Shown here: positions 19,622-28,904 of the stretch, piece by piece
Layout: every line of letters begins with the position of its first letter
Numbering within the stretch: position 1 is the stretch's first letter
Assembly (NCBI GenBank): GCA_903891415.1
Contig: CAITEH010000085.1
Coordinates: 24,560-88,559, forward strand
Source of the DNA: Candidatus Firestoneibacteriota bacterium
GTDB lineage: Bacteria; Oederibacteriota; D2-FULL-39-29
Length of the DNA stretch: 64,000 bases
Direction: 5' to 3'
Made by a program: the position numbers and the translations under genes
Notes under the pieces: generated by a model
Told to the model about the DNA's origin: nothing
The model's input: only the letters and a program-made list of their open reading frames with translations
Database searches by the model: none

Positions 19622-20716
19622 ATGCATTCTTCGCGAAAAAGGGTCGTAGTGGCAATGAGCGGGGGAGTTGACAGTTCGGTCGCCGCAGCTCTCTTAAAGG
19701 AAAAAGGTTTTGACGTTATAGGCATTACGCTTAAGCTTGTTCCCGACCCCAAGACCAAAGAAGAACCGCGCTACGGTGACTGCTGTTCCGCGGAAGCCGT
19801 GCTGGACGCAAAAAAAGTAGCTTTTAAACTCGGTATTCCCCATTATACGGTCAATCTGACAAAAGAGTTTGAAAAGTTCGTTATCAAGGATTTTGTTAAG
19901 GAATATTCCGCCGGCAGGACCCCTAATCCCTGTATTAAATGTAATTTTTATATTAAATTTGGATTTCTTTTGAAAAAAGCAGCCGCTTTGAAGGCGGAGT
20001 ATCTCGCGACCGGCCATTACGCCCGGGTTACCCGCGATAAAACAAAGAAAAGATTTATTTTGAAAAAGGGAAGGGACGCGGGAAAAGACCAGTCCTATGC
20101 CCTTTATTCATTGACCCAGGAACAGTTAAAGAGGACGCTTTTCCCCGTCGGGGCCTTAAAAAAAGACCGGGTCCGGAAGCTCGCGGCAAAATACGGCCTT
20201 GGTGTGGCGGGAAAAAAAGAGAGCATGGAGATCTGTTTTGTGCCGGATAATGATTACGCCGGATTTCTAAAGAAAAATTACGGGCTCGAAGCAGCCCGGG
20301 GCAATATCGAAGATGCTCAAGGCCGGCTCCTGGGCCGGCATAACGGAATAATCAATTATACCATAGGCCAGAGAAGGGGCCTCGGTATCGCGGCAAAAGA
20401 GCCGCTTTACGTTACGGCTATAGATAAAAAAAACAATAAAATAATAGCCGGCGGCAAAGAAGCCGCGGCAGGCCGCAGGCTCTACGCGAAGAAATTTAAT
20501 TTTATAGGGCTTAAAAAGCTAAGCGGCAGGCTAAAAGTTTCGGCCAGGATAAGATACCGGAGCGTTCCCGCGGCGGCTGCCGCCAGGCCGTATAAAAAGG
20601 GCGTGCTGGTGGAGTTTAAAGAACCGCAGTGGGCTATTACTCCGGGCCAGGCCGTGGTCCTCTACCGCGGCGCGGAAGTTCTCGGCGGCGGGCTTATAGA
20701 GAAGAAACTTGACTGA
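19622..20716 (+). CDS. mnmA: tRNA 2-thiouridine(34) synthase MnmA
   Basis: AMSGGVDSS, TPNPCIKCN, ATGHYA, KDQSY, TPGQAVV. Confidence 0.96.
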   Translation: MHSSRKRVVVAMSGGVDSSVAAALLKEKGFDVIGITLKLVPDPKTKEEPRYGDCCSAEAVLDAKKVAFKLGIPHYTVNLTKEFEKFVIKDFVKEYSAGRTPNPCIKCNFYIKFGFLLKKAAALKAEYLATGHYARVTRDKTKKRFILKKGRDAGKDQSYALYSLTQEQLKRTLFPVGALKKDRVRKLAAKYGLGVAGKKESMEICFVPDNDYAGFLKKNYGLEAARGNIEDAQGRLLGRHNGIINYTIGQRRGLGIAAKEPLYVTAIDKKNNKIIAGGKEAAAGRRLYAKKFNFIGLKKLSGRLKVSARIRYRSVPAAAAARPYKKGVLVEFKEPQWAITPGQAVVLYRGAEVLGGGLIEKKLD

Positions 20717-20734
20717 AATACGGGAGGCGGAAGC

Positions 20735-21646
20735 ATGCCTGATAATAGAAAATTGCAGGAAGAAATAGCGAAGCTTAAGAAAGAAAGGGATGCCGTTATC
20801 CTCGTGCATAATTACCAGCTGCCGGAAGTGCAGGATATCGCCGATTTTTTGGGTGATTCGCTGGGCTTAAGCCGTGAAGCCGCGAAGACCAAAGCGAAAG
20901 TCATTGTTTTTTGCGGGGTGCATTTTATGGCTGAAACGGCAAATATCCTTGCACCCGAAAAAACCGTGCTCCTGCCCGACCCTGCTTCCGGCTGTCCGAT
21001 GGCTGACATGATCAGCGCGAAAGAATTGAGAGCTTTGAAAGCAAAACATCCAGGGCATATTGTGGTTGCCTATGTTAATTCGTCCGCCGAAGTTAAAGCG
21101 GAGACCGACTACTGCTGTACTTCCGGCAATGCCCTGCAAGTGGTGGAAAAGCTTAAAAATGAAAAAATAATATTTGTTCCGGATAAATATCTGGGTTCCT
21201 GGATAGCGGGCCGGCTGAATAAAGAAATGGTGCTCTGGCACGGTTATTGCCCTACCCACGCGAAAATATTGCCGGCGCATATAGAAAAAGCAAAAAAAGA
21301 ACACCCGGGCGCCGTAGTTATGGCCCATCCTGAATGCAGGAATGACGTCTGGCCTCTCGCAGACGAAGTCTGTTCCACCGAGGGCTTTTTAAGGTACGTG
21401 AAAACAAGCCGGGTAAAAGAATTCATCGTGGCAACGGAACCCGGCATGCTTTACCGTTTAGCCAAAGAGAATCCCGGCAAAAAATTCTATCCTGCCAGTG
21501 CGGAAGCGTCCTGTCCCAATATGAAGAAAAACACGCTGGAGAAGGTCCTCTGGTCCCTTCAGGACATGGCGAATATAGTCAGAGTTCCTGAAGAGATCCG
21601 CCTTAAGGCCAAAAAAGCAATAGAAAGAATGGTAATGTTAGTGTAA
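20735..21646 (+). CDS. nadA: Quinolinate synthase A
   Basis: HNYQ..GDSLGL, CGVHFMAETA, GCPMAD, HPEC, CPNMK. Confidence 0.96.
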   Translation: MPDNRKLQEEIAKLKKERDAVILVHNYQLPEVQDIADFLGDSLGLSREAAKTKAKVIVFCGVHFMAETANILAPEKTVLLPDPASGCPMADMISAKELRALKAKHPGHIVVAYVNSSAEVKAETDYCCTSGNALQVVEKLKNEKIIFVPDKYLGSWIAGRLNKEMVLWHGYCPTHAKILPAHIEKAKKEHPGAVVMAHPECRNDVWPLADEVCSTEGFLRYVKTSRVKEFIVATEPGMLYRLAKENPGKKFYPASAEASCPNMKKNTLEKVLWSLQDMANIVRVPEEIRLKAKKAIERMVMLV

Positions 21647-21674
21647 GGCAAATACAGCCGGAACAGTTCTCTGA

Positions 21675-21704
21675 TTGAAATACCTGCCTGATTAATAGTA
21701 TAAT
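21675..21704 (+). promoter_or_regulatory. sigma70-type promoter for cysE
   Basis: TTGAAA-18 bp-TATAAT, 9 nt before the ATG. Confidence 0.55.
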
Positions 21705-21713
21705 ACCTGAGTT

Positions 21714-22346
21714 ATGATAAGCCACATTAAAGCCATATTGGAAAAGGATCCGGCAGCTAACATCTTTGATGTTATTCTTTACCCCTGCCTGTACGCGATA
21801 TTTTTCCACAGAATAGCCAACTTTCTATGGAAAATGCATATTCCTTTTTTTCCCCGGCTGCTCTCGCAGGTTTCCAGGTTCCTTACCGGTATTGAGATCC
21901 ATCCCGGAGCGGTCATAGGCAAAGGTTTCTTTATTGATCACGGCATGGGTGTGGTTATCGGAGAAACCACGGTTATCGGAAATAATGTCACGCTATTTCA
22001 GGGCGTTACGCTGGGCGGGACCGGGAAAGAAAAAGGAAAGCGCCATCCGACACTCGGTAACAATGTGGTGGTGGGCTCCGGCGCGAAAATTCTCGGTAAT
22101 TTCAAGATAGGGGACGATAGTTATATCGGAGCCAATTCCGTAGTGCTCAAAGAGGTGCCGCCGCATTCCACTATAGTCGGAATTCCGGGAAGGGTAGTAA
22201 AGATAAAAGGGAAATATGTGCCTAATATCACGTTCAATCATGCCGATCTGCCTGATCCTCTGGCCAGCAGGTTAAAAAAAATACAGGCGGAACTTCTTGA
22301 AGTGGAGGAGCATGTTAAGCTCTGGAAAAAGAAACGCAGGCCCTGA
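21714..22346 (+). CDS. cysE: Serine O-acetyltransferase
   Basis: DPAA, TGIEIHPGA, FIDHGMGVVIGET, TLGGTGKEKGKRHPT. Confidence 0.95.
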   Translation: MISHIKAILEKDPAANIFDVILYPCLYAIFFHRIANFLWKMHIPFFPRLLSQVSRFLTGIEIHPGAVIGKGFFIDHGMGVVIGETTVIGNNVTLFQGVTLGGTGKEKGKRHPTLGNNVVVGSGAKILGNFKIGDDSYIGANSVVLKEVPPHSTIVGIPGRVVKIKGKYVPNITFNHADLPDPLASRLKKIQAELLEVEEHVKLWKKKRRP

Positions 22347-23488
22347 TGAATTTGAACGTTAAAAAACTTACCCTTATCACGCTTACCCATATCATAAATG
22401 ATTCTTATACCGGTTTTATACCCATGGTGATCCCTGTTTTAATAAGCCGGGGCTACAGTGTTGCGCTTGCCGGCTCCCTGGGTATGATCCTGACCCTGGC
22501 GACAAATTTTCCCCAGCCTTTGTTCGGACTCCTCTATGATAAGACCAAAAAATATCTGATCTTCCTGGCTCCGCTTTTTTCGGCTGTTTTTATCGGGACC
22601 GCGGCGCTTATGCCTTCGTATTTCCTTATCGCGCTTTTTCTTGTGACCGGCGGGCTCGGGGTGGCGCTTTTCCATCCTGAAGCCACGCATATTGCCAGGT
22701 CCACGGAGAGCGGAAACTCCAATTTTGCTGTTTCTATTTTTCTGGCCGGCGGCACGGGCGGCTACGCCGCGGGCGGGCTGGCTGCAGGCCTGCTTATCTG
22801 GGGCTTCGGGTTAAAGGGCCTGCTCTTTACCGTAATATTCGGCATTCTTGCCTCTTATTATTTGTACAAGCACCGCGCGTTCCTTTCCGGAGCGGAGGGA
22901 ATGGACAGCGGGGCCCCGCCGGTCCTGCGGAATATAAAGGAAGTGAACCGGATCCCGGAATTTTTATTGATCTTTTCGATAGTCACAATAATTGTCTCGG
23001 TGCAAGCCACGACCGCAATGTTTTTGCCGGCCTATCTTAAACAGAAAGGCATCAGTATTGTTTTTAGCGCTATAGCCTTCATACTTTTTACCGTCCCGGG
23101 TTCGCTTGGCGGAATAGCGGCCGGAAAACTGGCAAAACGGTTCAGCCTAAAAAAACTTATCCTGGTTTCCCAGCTTCTTGCCGTGGCGTTCTTATACGCG
23201 TTCGTTTTTACGCCTTATCCTTATTTCATAATATTTATTCCGCTCGCGGGCTGCGCGCTGCTTTCGTCCTTTCCGCTCCTGGTAAATCAATCCTATACGT
23301 ATTTGCCGGAAAATAAAGGCGTTGCCGGAGGTTCAATAATCGGACTGACCTGGGGCCTGGCCAGTGTCTTGATCCTGCTCACGGGTGCTTTGGCCGATCT
23401 CGGCGGCTCCCTTGCCTATGCTTATAAGATAATATTTGCCCTGCCTCTTATTGCCTGCCTGCTGCTTTTGAAACTCAAAATAAAATAG
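22346..23488 (+). CDS. MFS transporter (Fsr-like)
   Basis: About 12 hydrophobic segments; HIINDSY, QPLFG, GVALFHPEA motifs. Confidence 0.85.
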   Translation: MNLNVKKLTLITLTHIINDSYTGFIPMVIPVLISRGYSVALAGSLGMILTLATNFPQPLFGLLYDKTKKYLIFLAPLFSAVFIGTAALMPSYFLIALFLVTGGLGVALFHPEATHIARSTESGNSNFAVSIFLAGGTGGYAAGGLAAGLLIWGFGLKGLLFTVIFGILASYYLYKHRAFLSGAEGMDSGAPPVLRNIKEVNRIPEFLLIFSIVTIIVSVQATTAMFLPAYLKQKGISIVFSAIAFILFTVPGSLGGIAAGKLAKRFSLKKLILVSQLLAVAFLYAFVFTPYPYFIIFIPLAGCALLSSFPLLVNQSYTYLPENKGVAGGSIIGLTWGLASVLILLTGALADLGGSLAYAYKIIFALPLIACLLLLKLKIK

Positions 23489-23530
23489 AATTAAATTTTA
23501 GCCGCGCAATTATTTCCCCGGGAACCGGTG

Positions 23531-23559
23531 TTGACAACCTTTTACATTAGGAATATAAT
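23531..23559 (+). promoter_or_regulatory. Consensus sigma70 promoter for rsmA
   Basis: TTGACA-17 bp-TATAAT; ATG begins 6 nt downstream. Confidence 0.8.
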
Positions 23560-23565
23560 AACAAA

Positions 23566-24384
23566 ATGCAAAAAAAAATACAGGCACCTGCAGCTTCTTA
23601 CAGGCCGAAAAAACGCTTCGGCCAAAATTTTATGAAAGACCGGTCCTTGCGGGAATTTATCGTGAATTCCGCCTCTCTCTCCCAAAAGGATACCGTCCTG
23701 GAGATCGGCCCCGGCCGGGGGGAGCTTACAGGTATTATTGCTTCAAAATGCCCCGTTGTCGCGGTTGAAATTGACCGGGACCTGGCGGCGCTCCTTAAGA
23801 ACAAGTTTGCCGGAAATGAAAGAGTGAAAATTATTGAAGGGGATATTCTGGCGGTTGAGTTCAATAAAATTAGCGTTCCAAAATTTAAAATTATAGGGAA
23901 CATCCCGTATAACATAACTACGCCTATTATCTTTAAAATACTGGAGAGCCGGTCCGGTATAGAAACCGCGGTCTTAACGGTGCAGAAAGAGGTGGCGGAA
24001 AGGCTGGCGGCAAAGCCGGGTTCCGGGGACTACGGGGTCCTGACCATCATGGCTGGAATATTTGCTTCCGTGGAGATCTTGAGAACTATTCCGGCTGCGG
24101 CTTTTTTTCCGGCGCCGAACGTGGATTCCGCGGTGATATGTTTAAGGCCTCTCAAAGACCCTGCGGTCCCGGAAAAGGAACTTGCCCTATTTGAAAAACT
24201 CGTAAAAACCGCTTTCCAGCAGAGAAGAAAGAATATAAGGAACGCGCTTTTAAGGTTCGGCCTCTCAAAAGAAAAGGCTTTAAGAGTTCTTTCTGCCTGC
24301 GGCATACCTGAAAATACCAGGCCTGAAGGTGTTTCTATCGAGGAGTTCAAGCAGCTGGCCGGCCTGGCAGGGGCGGAAACTTAG
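23566..24384 (+). CDS. rsmA: 16S rRNA m6,2A dimethyltransferase RsmA/KsgA
   Basis: KKRFGQNF, LEIGPGRG, GNIPYNIT, QKEVAER, FFPAPNVDSA. Confidence 0.96.
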   Translation: MQKKIQAPAASYRPKKRFGQNFMKDRSLREFIVNSASLSQKDTVLEIGPGRGELTGIIASKCPVVAVEIDRDLAALLKNKFAGNERVKIIEGDILAVEFNKISVPKFKIIGNIPYNITTPIIFKILESRSGIETAVLTVQKEVAERLAAKPGSGDYGVLTIMAGIFASVEILRTIPAAAFFPAPNVDSAVICLRPLKDPAVPEKELALFEKLVKTAFQQRRKNIRNALLRFGLSKEKALRVLSACGIPENTRPEGVSIEEFKQLAGLAGAET

Positions 24385-24396
24385 GATAGGCCCGCT

Positions 24397-26454
24397 TTAC
24401 TGCGAGGTGAAAGATTCAATATTCTCATGTTTATTGCATATTTCCACCGGTGCTGTGCCTTCGATAAAGACTTCTTTAAGGGATCTTTTGCATTTTGGAG
24501 AATAAAGCATCCCGGAATCCGGATCTATCTTTACGGTCACAACTTTTGGAGGTTTGGTAAAAGGTTCGGGCGGTTTCCCCTTATAGACTTCTTTCATGAA
24601 CTCACCCCAGATAGGAACAGGCGTATTTGAACTTGATATCCAGGAACCCAAAGAACGCCTGTTGTCAAAGCCCACCCAGCAGCCGGCGATAAGATCTGAA
24701 GTAAAGCCGATGAACCATACATCGGCCTGATTGTCGGTAGTTCCCGTCTTACCCGCGCAATTAAAGGTGATCCCGTTTCCTCTGATCCTGCTTGCGGTAC
24801 CTTCATTAACGACACTTTCCAGCATGGAGGTCATAAGATAGGCAGATTCCGGTTTTAATACATCCTGCAGGCGCGGCTGATTTTCTTCAAGTATCTTGCC
24901 CGTGCTGTCTTTCACCGTAAGGATGCAGAGAGGTTCGACTTTAACTCCCAGGTTGGGGAAAGTAGAATACGCGGAGGTGAGTTCCAGCAGGGTGACTTCC
25001 GAGGTGCCGAAAGCAAGTGAAAGATTTTTGTGCAACTGGCTTTTGATCCCCATTTTGTTCGCGTATGAAACTACCGAAGAGGTCCCGACTTTCATGAGCA
25101 GTTTTAAGGTGACGATATTTCTGGAAAGGGTCAGAGCTTTCCGCAGGGTGGTCGGGCCAAAAAATTTCTTTTCATAATTTTCAGGTTTCCAGACCTGCCC
25201 GTCTTTTTCGTTTATGGACATCGGCGCATCAACTATTATATCCGCGGGAGTAAAACTGTTATCCAGCGCGGTCGCGTATATGAAAGGTTTAAAAGCGGAA
25301 CCGGGCTGCCTTTTTGCCTGGACGGCCCTGTTGTATTCGGATTCAGAAAAGTCCCTGCCGCCGATCATGGCCTTAATATACCCGGTCTTGGGATCCAGGG
25401 CAATAAAGGAGGCCTGGATAGGCAGATTTTTTCTGAATTCCGCGTCGAAAATATTTTCCACGGGTATGCCGTTTTCTTTTGCTATTTTGATCTCCGCTTC
25501 TTCCAGTCCCCGGGCCACTGCTTTCTGGGCGTATTCCTGCATTTGCATATCCAAAGAAGTATAGACGGAAAGCCCGCCTTTATATATTACATTGGAACCG
25601 TAGGTCTCTTCCAGCTGCTGTCTTACGTATTCAACAAAATACGGGGCGTTTTTTTGTTCTATCCTGTGGATCTCTATCGGGGCCAGCTTGGCAGCTTCAG
25701 CTTCTTTTTTGGTGATCACGTCCTTTTTTAGAAGCCTGTCAAGAATGCGGTTACGCCTCATTTTGGCTTTATACGCGTTTTTGTACGGGGAATATTTGTT
25801 GGGCGCCCTGGGCAGGCCGGCTAAGAGCGCGCATTCCGGCAGCGTCAGCCGCTCCACGTTTTTCCCGAAATAGGTCCTTGCCGCGGCTTCCACCCCGTAA
25901 GCCCCCGAGCCCATGTTTATCTGGTTCAGATACATTTCCAGTATTTCGTCTTTGGTATAACAATACTCTATTTTGAAGGAAAGCATGACTTCCTTTATCT
26001 TTCTTGAAAAAGTCCGTTCCTGGGTCAGGAACAGATTTTTCGCCAGCTGCTGGGTAATAGTGCTGCCGCCCTGCGCCACTCTGCCCTGTATCATATTCAC
26101 TAAAAATGCCCGCAGCATGGATACGGGAGAGATCCCGAGATGGGAATAGAAGCCTTCGTCTTCGATGATAATAATGGTCTTTTTTAAGAGCTCGGGTATT
26201 TTTTTTAACGGCACCAGCGATCTCTGTTCTATGAATAACTGGGCGATCAGCGTTCCTTTTTCATCGTAGATCTTGCTGGCAAGAGAAGGCTTGTAATTTT
26301 CCAGATCGGCAAGAGGCGGGAGGTCGAGGTAAAAGGCCAGCAGCAGTCCTATGAACCACCCGAGAAAAATAGTCAGAGAGATAGTGGCGATCAATTTTAT
26401 CTGCCGGGTCTTCATAGATTGTATTACTTCACGGAACATAGTATTGAAACTCAT
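24397..26454 (-). CDS. Penicillin-binding protein 1A family
   Basis: Transglycosylase EDEGFYSH, GGSTITQQLAKN, RKIKE; transpeptidase SAFK, SRN, KTG; start uncertain (26454 or 26415). Confidence 0.93.
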   Translation of the reverse strand: MSFNTMFREVIQSMKTRQIKLIATISLTIFLGWFIGLLLAFYLDLPPLADLENYKPSLASKIYDEKGTLIAQLFIEQRSLVPLKKIPELLKKTIIIIEDEGFYSHLGISPVSMLRAFLVNMIQGRVAQGGSTITQQLAKNLFLTQERTFSRKIKEVMLSFKIEYCYTKDEILEMYLNQINMGSGAYGVEAAARTYFGKNVERLTLPECALLAGLPRAPNKYSPYKNAYKAKMRRNRILDRLLKKDVITKKEAEAAKLAPIEIHRIEQKNAPYFVEYVRQQLEETYGSNVIYKGGLSVYTSLDMQMQEYAQKAVARGLEEAEIKIAKENGIPVENIFDAEFRKNLPIQASFIALDPKTGYIKAMIGGRDFSESEYNRAVQAKRQPGSAFKPFIYATALDNSFTPADIIVDAPMSINEKDGQVWKPENYEKKFFGPTTLRKALTLSRNIVTLKLLMKVGTSSVVSYANKMGIKSQLHKNLSLAFGTSEVTLLELTSAYSTFPNLGVKVEPLCILTVKDSTGKILEENQPRLQDVLKPESAYLMTSMLESVVNEGTASRIRGNGITFNCAGKTGTTDNQADVWFIGFTSDLIAGCWVGFDNRRSLGSWISSSNTPVPIWGEFMKEVYKGKPPEPFTKPPKVVTVKIDPDSGMLYSPKCKRSLKEVFIEGTAPVEICNKHENIESFTSQ

Positions 26455-26533
26455 ATTTATGTATTTTACAGCAAAATAAAAAGTTAGTAAACATGTAATT
26501 GGCAATATGGCTTCATGCTTTCCCTTTACTCTA

Positions 26534-26562
26534 TTGACAAAAAAATCATATTTTGCTATAAT
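26534..26562 (+). promoter_or_regulatory. Consensus sigma70 promoter of the rpsU-dnaG-rpoD operon
   Basis: TTGACA-17 bp-TATAAT with extended TG. Confidence 0.8.
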
Positions 26563-26668
26563 CAATCAGTCCACTTGACGTGGGCTTTTTTCATTTGGTT
26601 TATCTCTTCAAGAATCGCTTATGCTCTGTAAAAAGAACAAAAATCAAAAAAAGGAAGGGTGATATAAA

Positions 26669-26863
26669 GTGGTCGAAGTAATTGTGAAATACGATGAGTC
26701 TTTGGAATCGGCTCTGAAACGGTTTAAGAGAAAATGCCAGACTGAAGGCATTCTTACCGAAATCAGAAAAAGAGAGTTTTACGAAAAACCGAGCGAAAAG
26801 AGAAAGAAGAAAGAAGAAGCTGCTGCCAGGAAATTAAGAAAACGCCTCGAAAAGCTGGACTAA
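26669..26863 (+). CDS. rpsU: 30S ribosomal protein S21
   Basis: [28 protein letters not shown]. Confidence 0.96.
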   Translation: MVEVIVKYDESLESALKRFKRKCQTEGILTEIRKREFYEKPSEKRKKKEEAAARKLRKRLEKLD

Positions 26864-26878
26864 GGAGTTTTTTAGAGC

Positions 26879-27322
26879 ATGGATGTTAAAGAAAAGCTTA
26901 ATGAGGACCTGAAAGCTGCAATGAAAGCCGGGGACGCGTTAAAAACTTCCACCGTGAGGATGCTTAAAGCCGCGATCAATAACGCGGAAATGGCCAAGAA
27001 AGTATCCTTTACGGATGAGGAAGTTTTTCGTGTTATCGCTGCTTCTATTAAACAGCGCAGAGATTCTATCGAACAGTATAAAAAGGGAAACAGGCCGGAG
27101 CTTGCGGCACAGGAAGAAGCAGAGCTCGTTATCCTGCAGTCCTATCTTCCGGCGCAAATGAGTGAAGAGGAATTAAGGGCTCTGGTCGCCAGAGTAATTG
27201 CTGAAACGGGCGCGGGCGCGGTTAAAGATATGGGCAAGGTCATGGGGAAACTCATGCCGCTTCTTAAGGGCAGAGCCGAGAATTCACTGGTAAGTTCAAT
27301 CGTAAAAGAAAATCTTAAATAG
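26879..27322 (+). CDS. GatB/YqeY domain protein
   Basis: DLKAAMKA, KQRRDSIEQY, YLPAQMSEEE, KDMGKVMG. Confidence 0.93.
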   Translation: MDVKEKLNEDLKAAMKAGDALKTSTVRMLKAAINNAEMAKKVSFTDEEVFRVIAASIKQRRDSIEQYKKGNRPELAAQEEAELVILQSYLPAQMSEEELRALVARVIAETGAGAVKDMGKVMGKLMPLLKGRAENSLVSSIVKENLK

Positions 27323-27325
27323 CTC

Positions 27326-27871
27326 ATGAAAGTTTTAGGCCGCAATTTTTTCAACAGAGCTACCCGCAAGGTGGCAAAAGAGCTGCTTGGAAAGATACTG
27401 GTAAGGAAGTATCGCGGAAAAAGACTTGCCGGGCGCATTGTCGAAACAGAAGCCTACCTTGGCAAAAATGATCCGGCAAGCCATGCCTGCCGTAAGATAA
27501 CACCAAGAAATATTGTGATGTTCGGCCCTCCCGGGGTTGCGTATGTGTATTTATGTTACGGGTTTCACTATATGCTGAATGCCGTAACAGAAAAAAACGG
27601 CAAAGCCGGAGCGGTACTTATAAGAGGCGTGGAACCTTTAACGGTCCCGGCAGATAAGGCCGCGAACGGGCCCGGGAAATTAACAAAGCTGTTTAAAATA
27701 ACAAAAAAACAAAATGGCAGGGTGCTTGCACTAAAGACCGGCCTTTATATCGCCTCTGACGGCATGAAACCTTTAAAAATAAGAAATACCGTAAGGATAG
27801 GCATAAAAAAAGGCGCAGAGCTGCCTTTCAGGTACTATATAGAAGGGAAGCAGCATGTCTCAGGTAAATAA
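27326..27871 (+). CDS. 3-methyladenine DNA glycosylase (MPG/AAG family)
   Basis: GRIVETEAY, DPASHA, YVYLCYG, AVLIRG, GPGKLT. Confidence 0.92.
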   Translation: MKVLGRNFFNRATRKVAKELLGKILVRKYRGKRLAGRIVETEAYLGKNDPASHACRKITPRNIVMFGPPGVAYVYLCYGFHYMLNAVTEKNGKAGAVLIRGVEPLTVPADKAANGPGKLTKLFKITKKQNGRVLALKTGLYIASDGMKPLKIRNTVRIGIKKGAELPFRYYIEGKQHVSGK

Positions 27872-27932
27872 ATTTTAGACAGCGTGTGGAACACTTTAGT
27901 AATTCTCCTGACTTCAACAAAGGATAGGAAAT

Positions 27933-28895
27933 ATGAAACTAAAAGAGCTCTACAGAGCAATTGTTGAAAATGGTATCGAAGCAGATCCGCGCGGCAGTGA
28001 TTTTGTGCGCAAAGAATTGAAAAGGACCGCGGAAGAGTTTAAAGAACTTAAAGCCGAAGCCAGGAAAGATTATGACCAGGACCGGCTCTTCAATCCTTAT
28101 GCGGATACAAGGGTCTTGAACGGTGAGCTGAATTCCGAGATCAAGAAAATACTGGTAGGCATTGATATTGATTCCGGCGAGCTGGCCGTTGCCGATCTCC
28201 TCGCAAAAAAAAGCGGAAAGATAGACCTTGTTTTGACCCACCACCCGGCGGGAAAGGCCTACGCAAATTTTTATGAAGTTATGGGCATGCAAAGCGAGAT
28301 CTTTCATAAAGCGGGTGTACCTATCAATATAGCCGAAAACACCATGGCCCCGAGAATGAAGGATGTGGAACGCAGGGTGCTTCCGGCCAACCATACCCGG
28401 GCGGTCGATACCGCAAAACTCCTGAATCTTAACCTGATGTGCGCGCATACCGCCGCGGATAATTTTGTGTCAACGTTTCTTACCGGGCTTTTTGCCGCGC
28501 GTAAACCTGAAAAAATAAAAGACCTGCTCGGTATATTAAAAGAAATTCCGGAGTATAAGCTGGCGGCCGGGAACAATGCCGGGCCCAAGATATTTTCGGG
28601 CAGTGAGAATTCGCGCTGCGGAAAGATCTTTGTTGATATGACAGGCGGAACAGAAGGGCCGAAAGAGATCTATGAGGCAGCCGCCAAGGCCGGGATCGGG
28701 ACTTTTGTCGGCATGCATTACTCTGACGAGCATAGAAAAGAACTGGAAAAAAACTTCATAAATGTAGTTGTTGCCGGGCATATCAGCAGTGATAATCTCG
28801 GCTTAAACCTGCTTTTTGATGCAATAATAAAAAAGAACGGTAAACTTGAAATAATAGAGTGTTCCGGTTATCGCAGAGTAGCCAGGCTGAAGTAA
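27933..28895 (+). CDS. NIF3-like metal-binding protein
   Basis: NPYADTR, GIDID, HHP, HTAAD, GMH, AGHISSD. Confidence 0.8.
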   Translation: MKLKELYRAIVENGIEADPRGSDFVRKELKRTAEEFKELKAEARKDYDQDRLFNPYADTRVLNGELNSEIKKILVGIDIDSGELAVADLLAKKSGKIDLVLTHHPAGKAYANFYEVMGMQSEIFHKAGVPINIAENTMAPRMKDVERRVLPANHTRAVDTAKLLNLNLMCAHTAADNFVSTFLTGLFAARKPEKIKDLLGILKEIPEYKLAAGNNAGPKIFSGSENSRCGKIFVDMTGGTEGPKEIYEAAAKAGIGTFVGMHYSDEHRKELEKNFINVVVAGHISSDNLGLNLLFDAIIKKNGKLEIIECSGYRRVARLK

Positions 28896-28904
28896 CAGGA
28901 GTTC

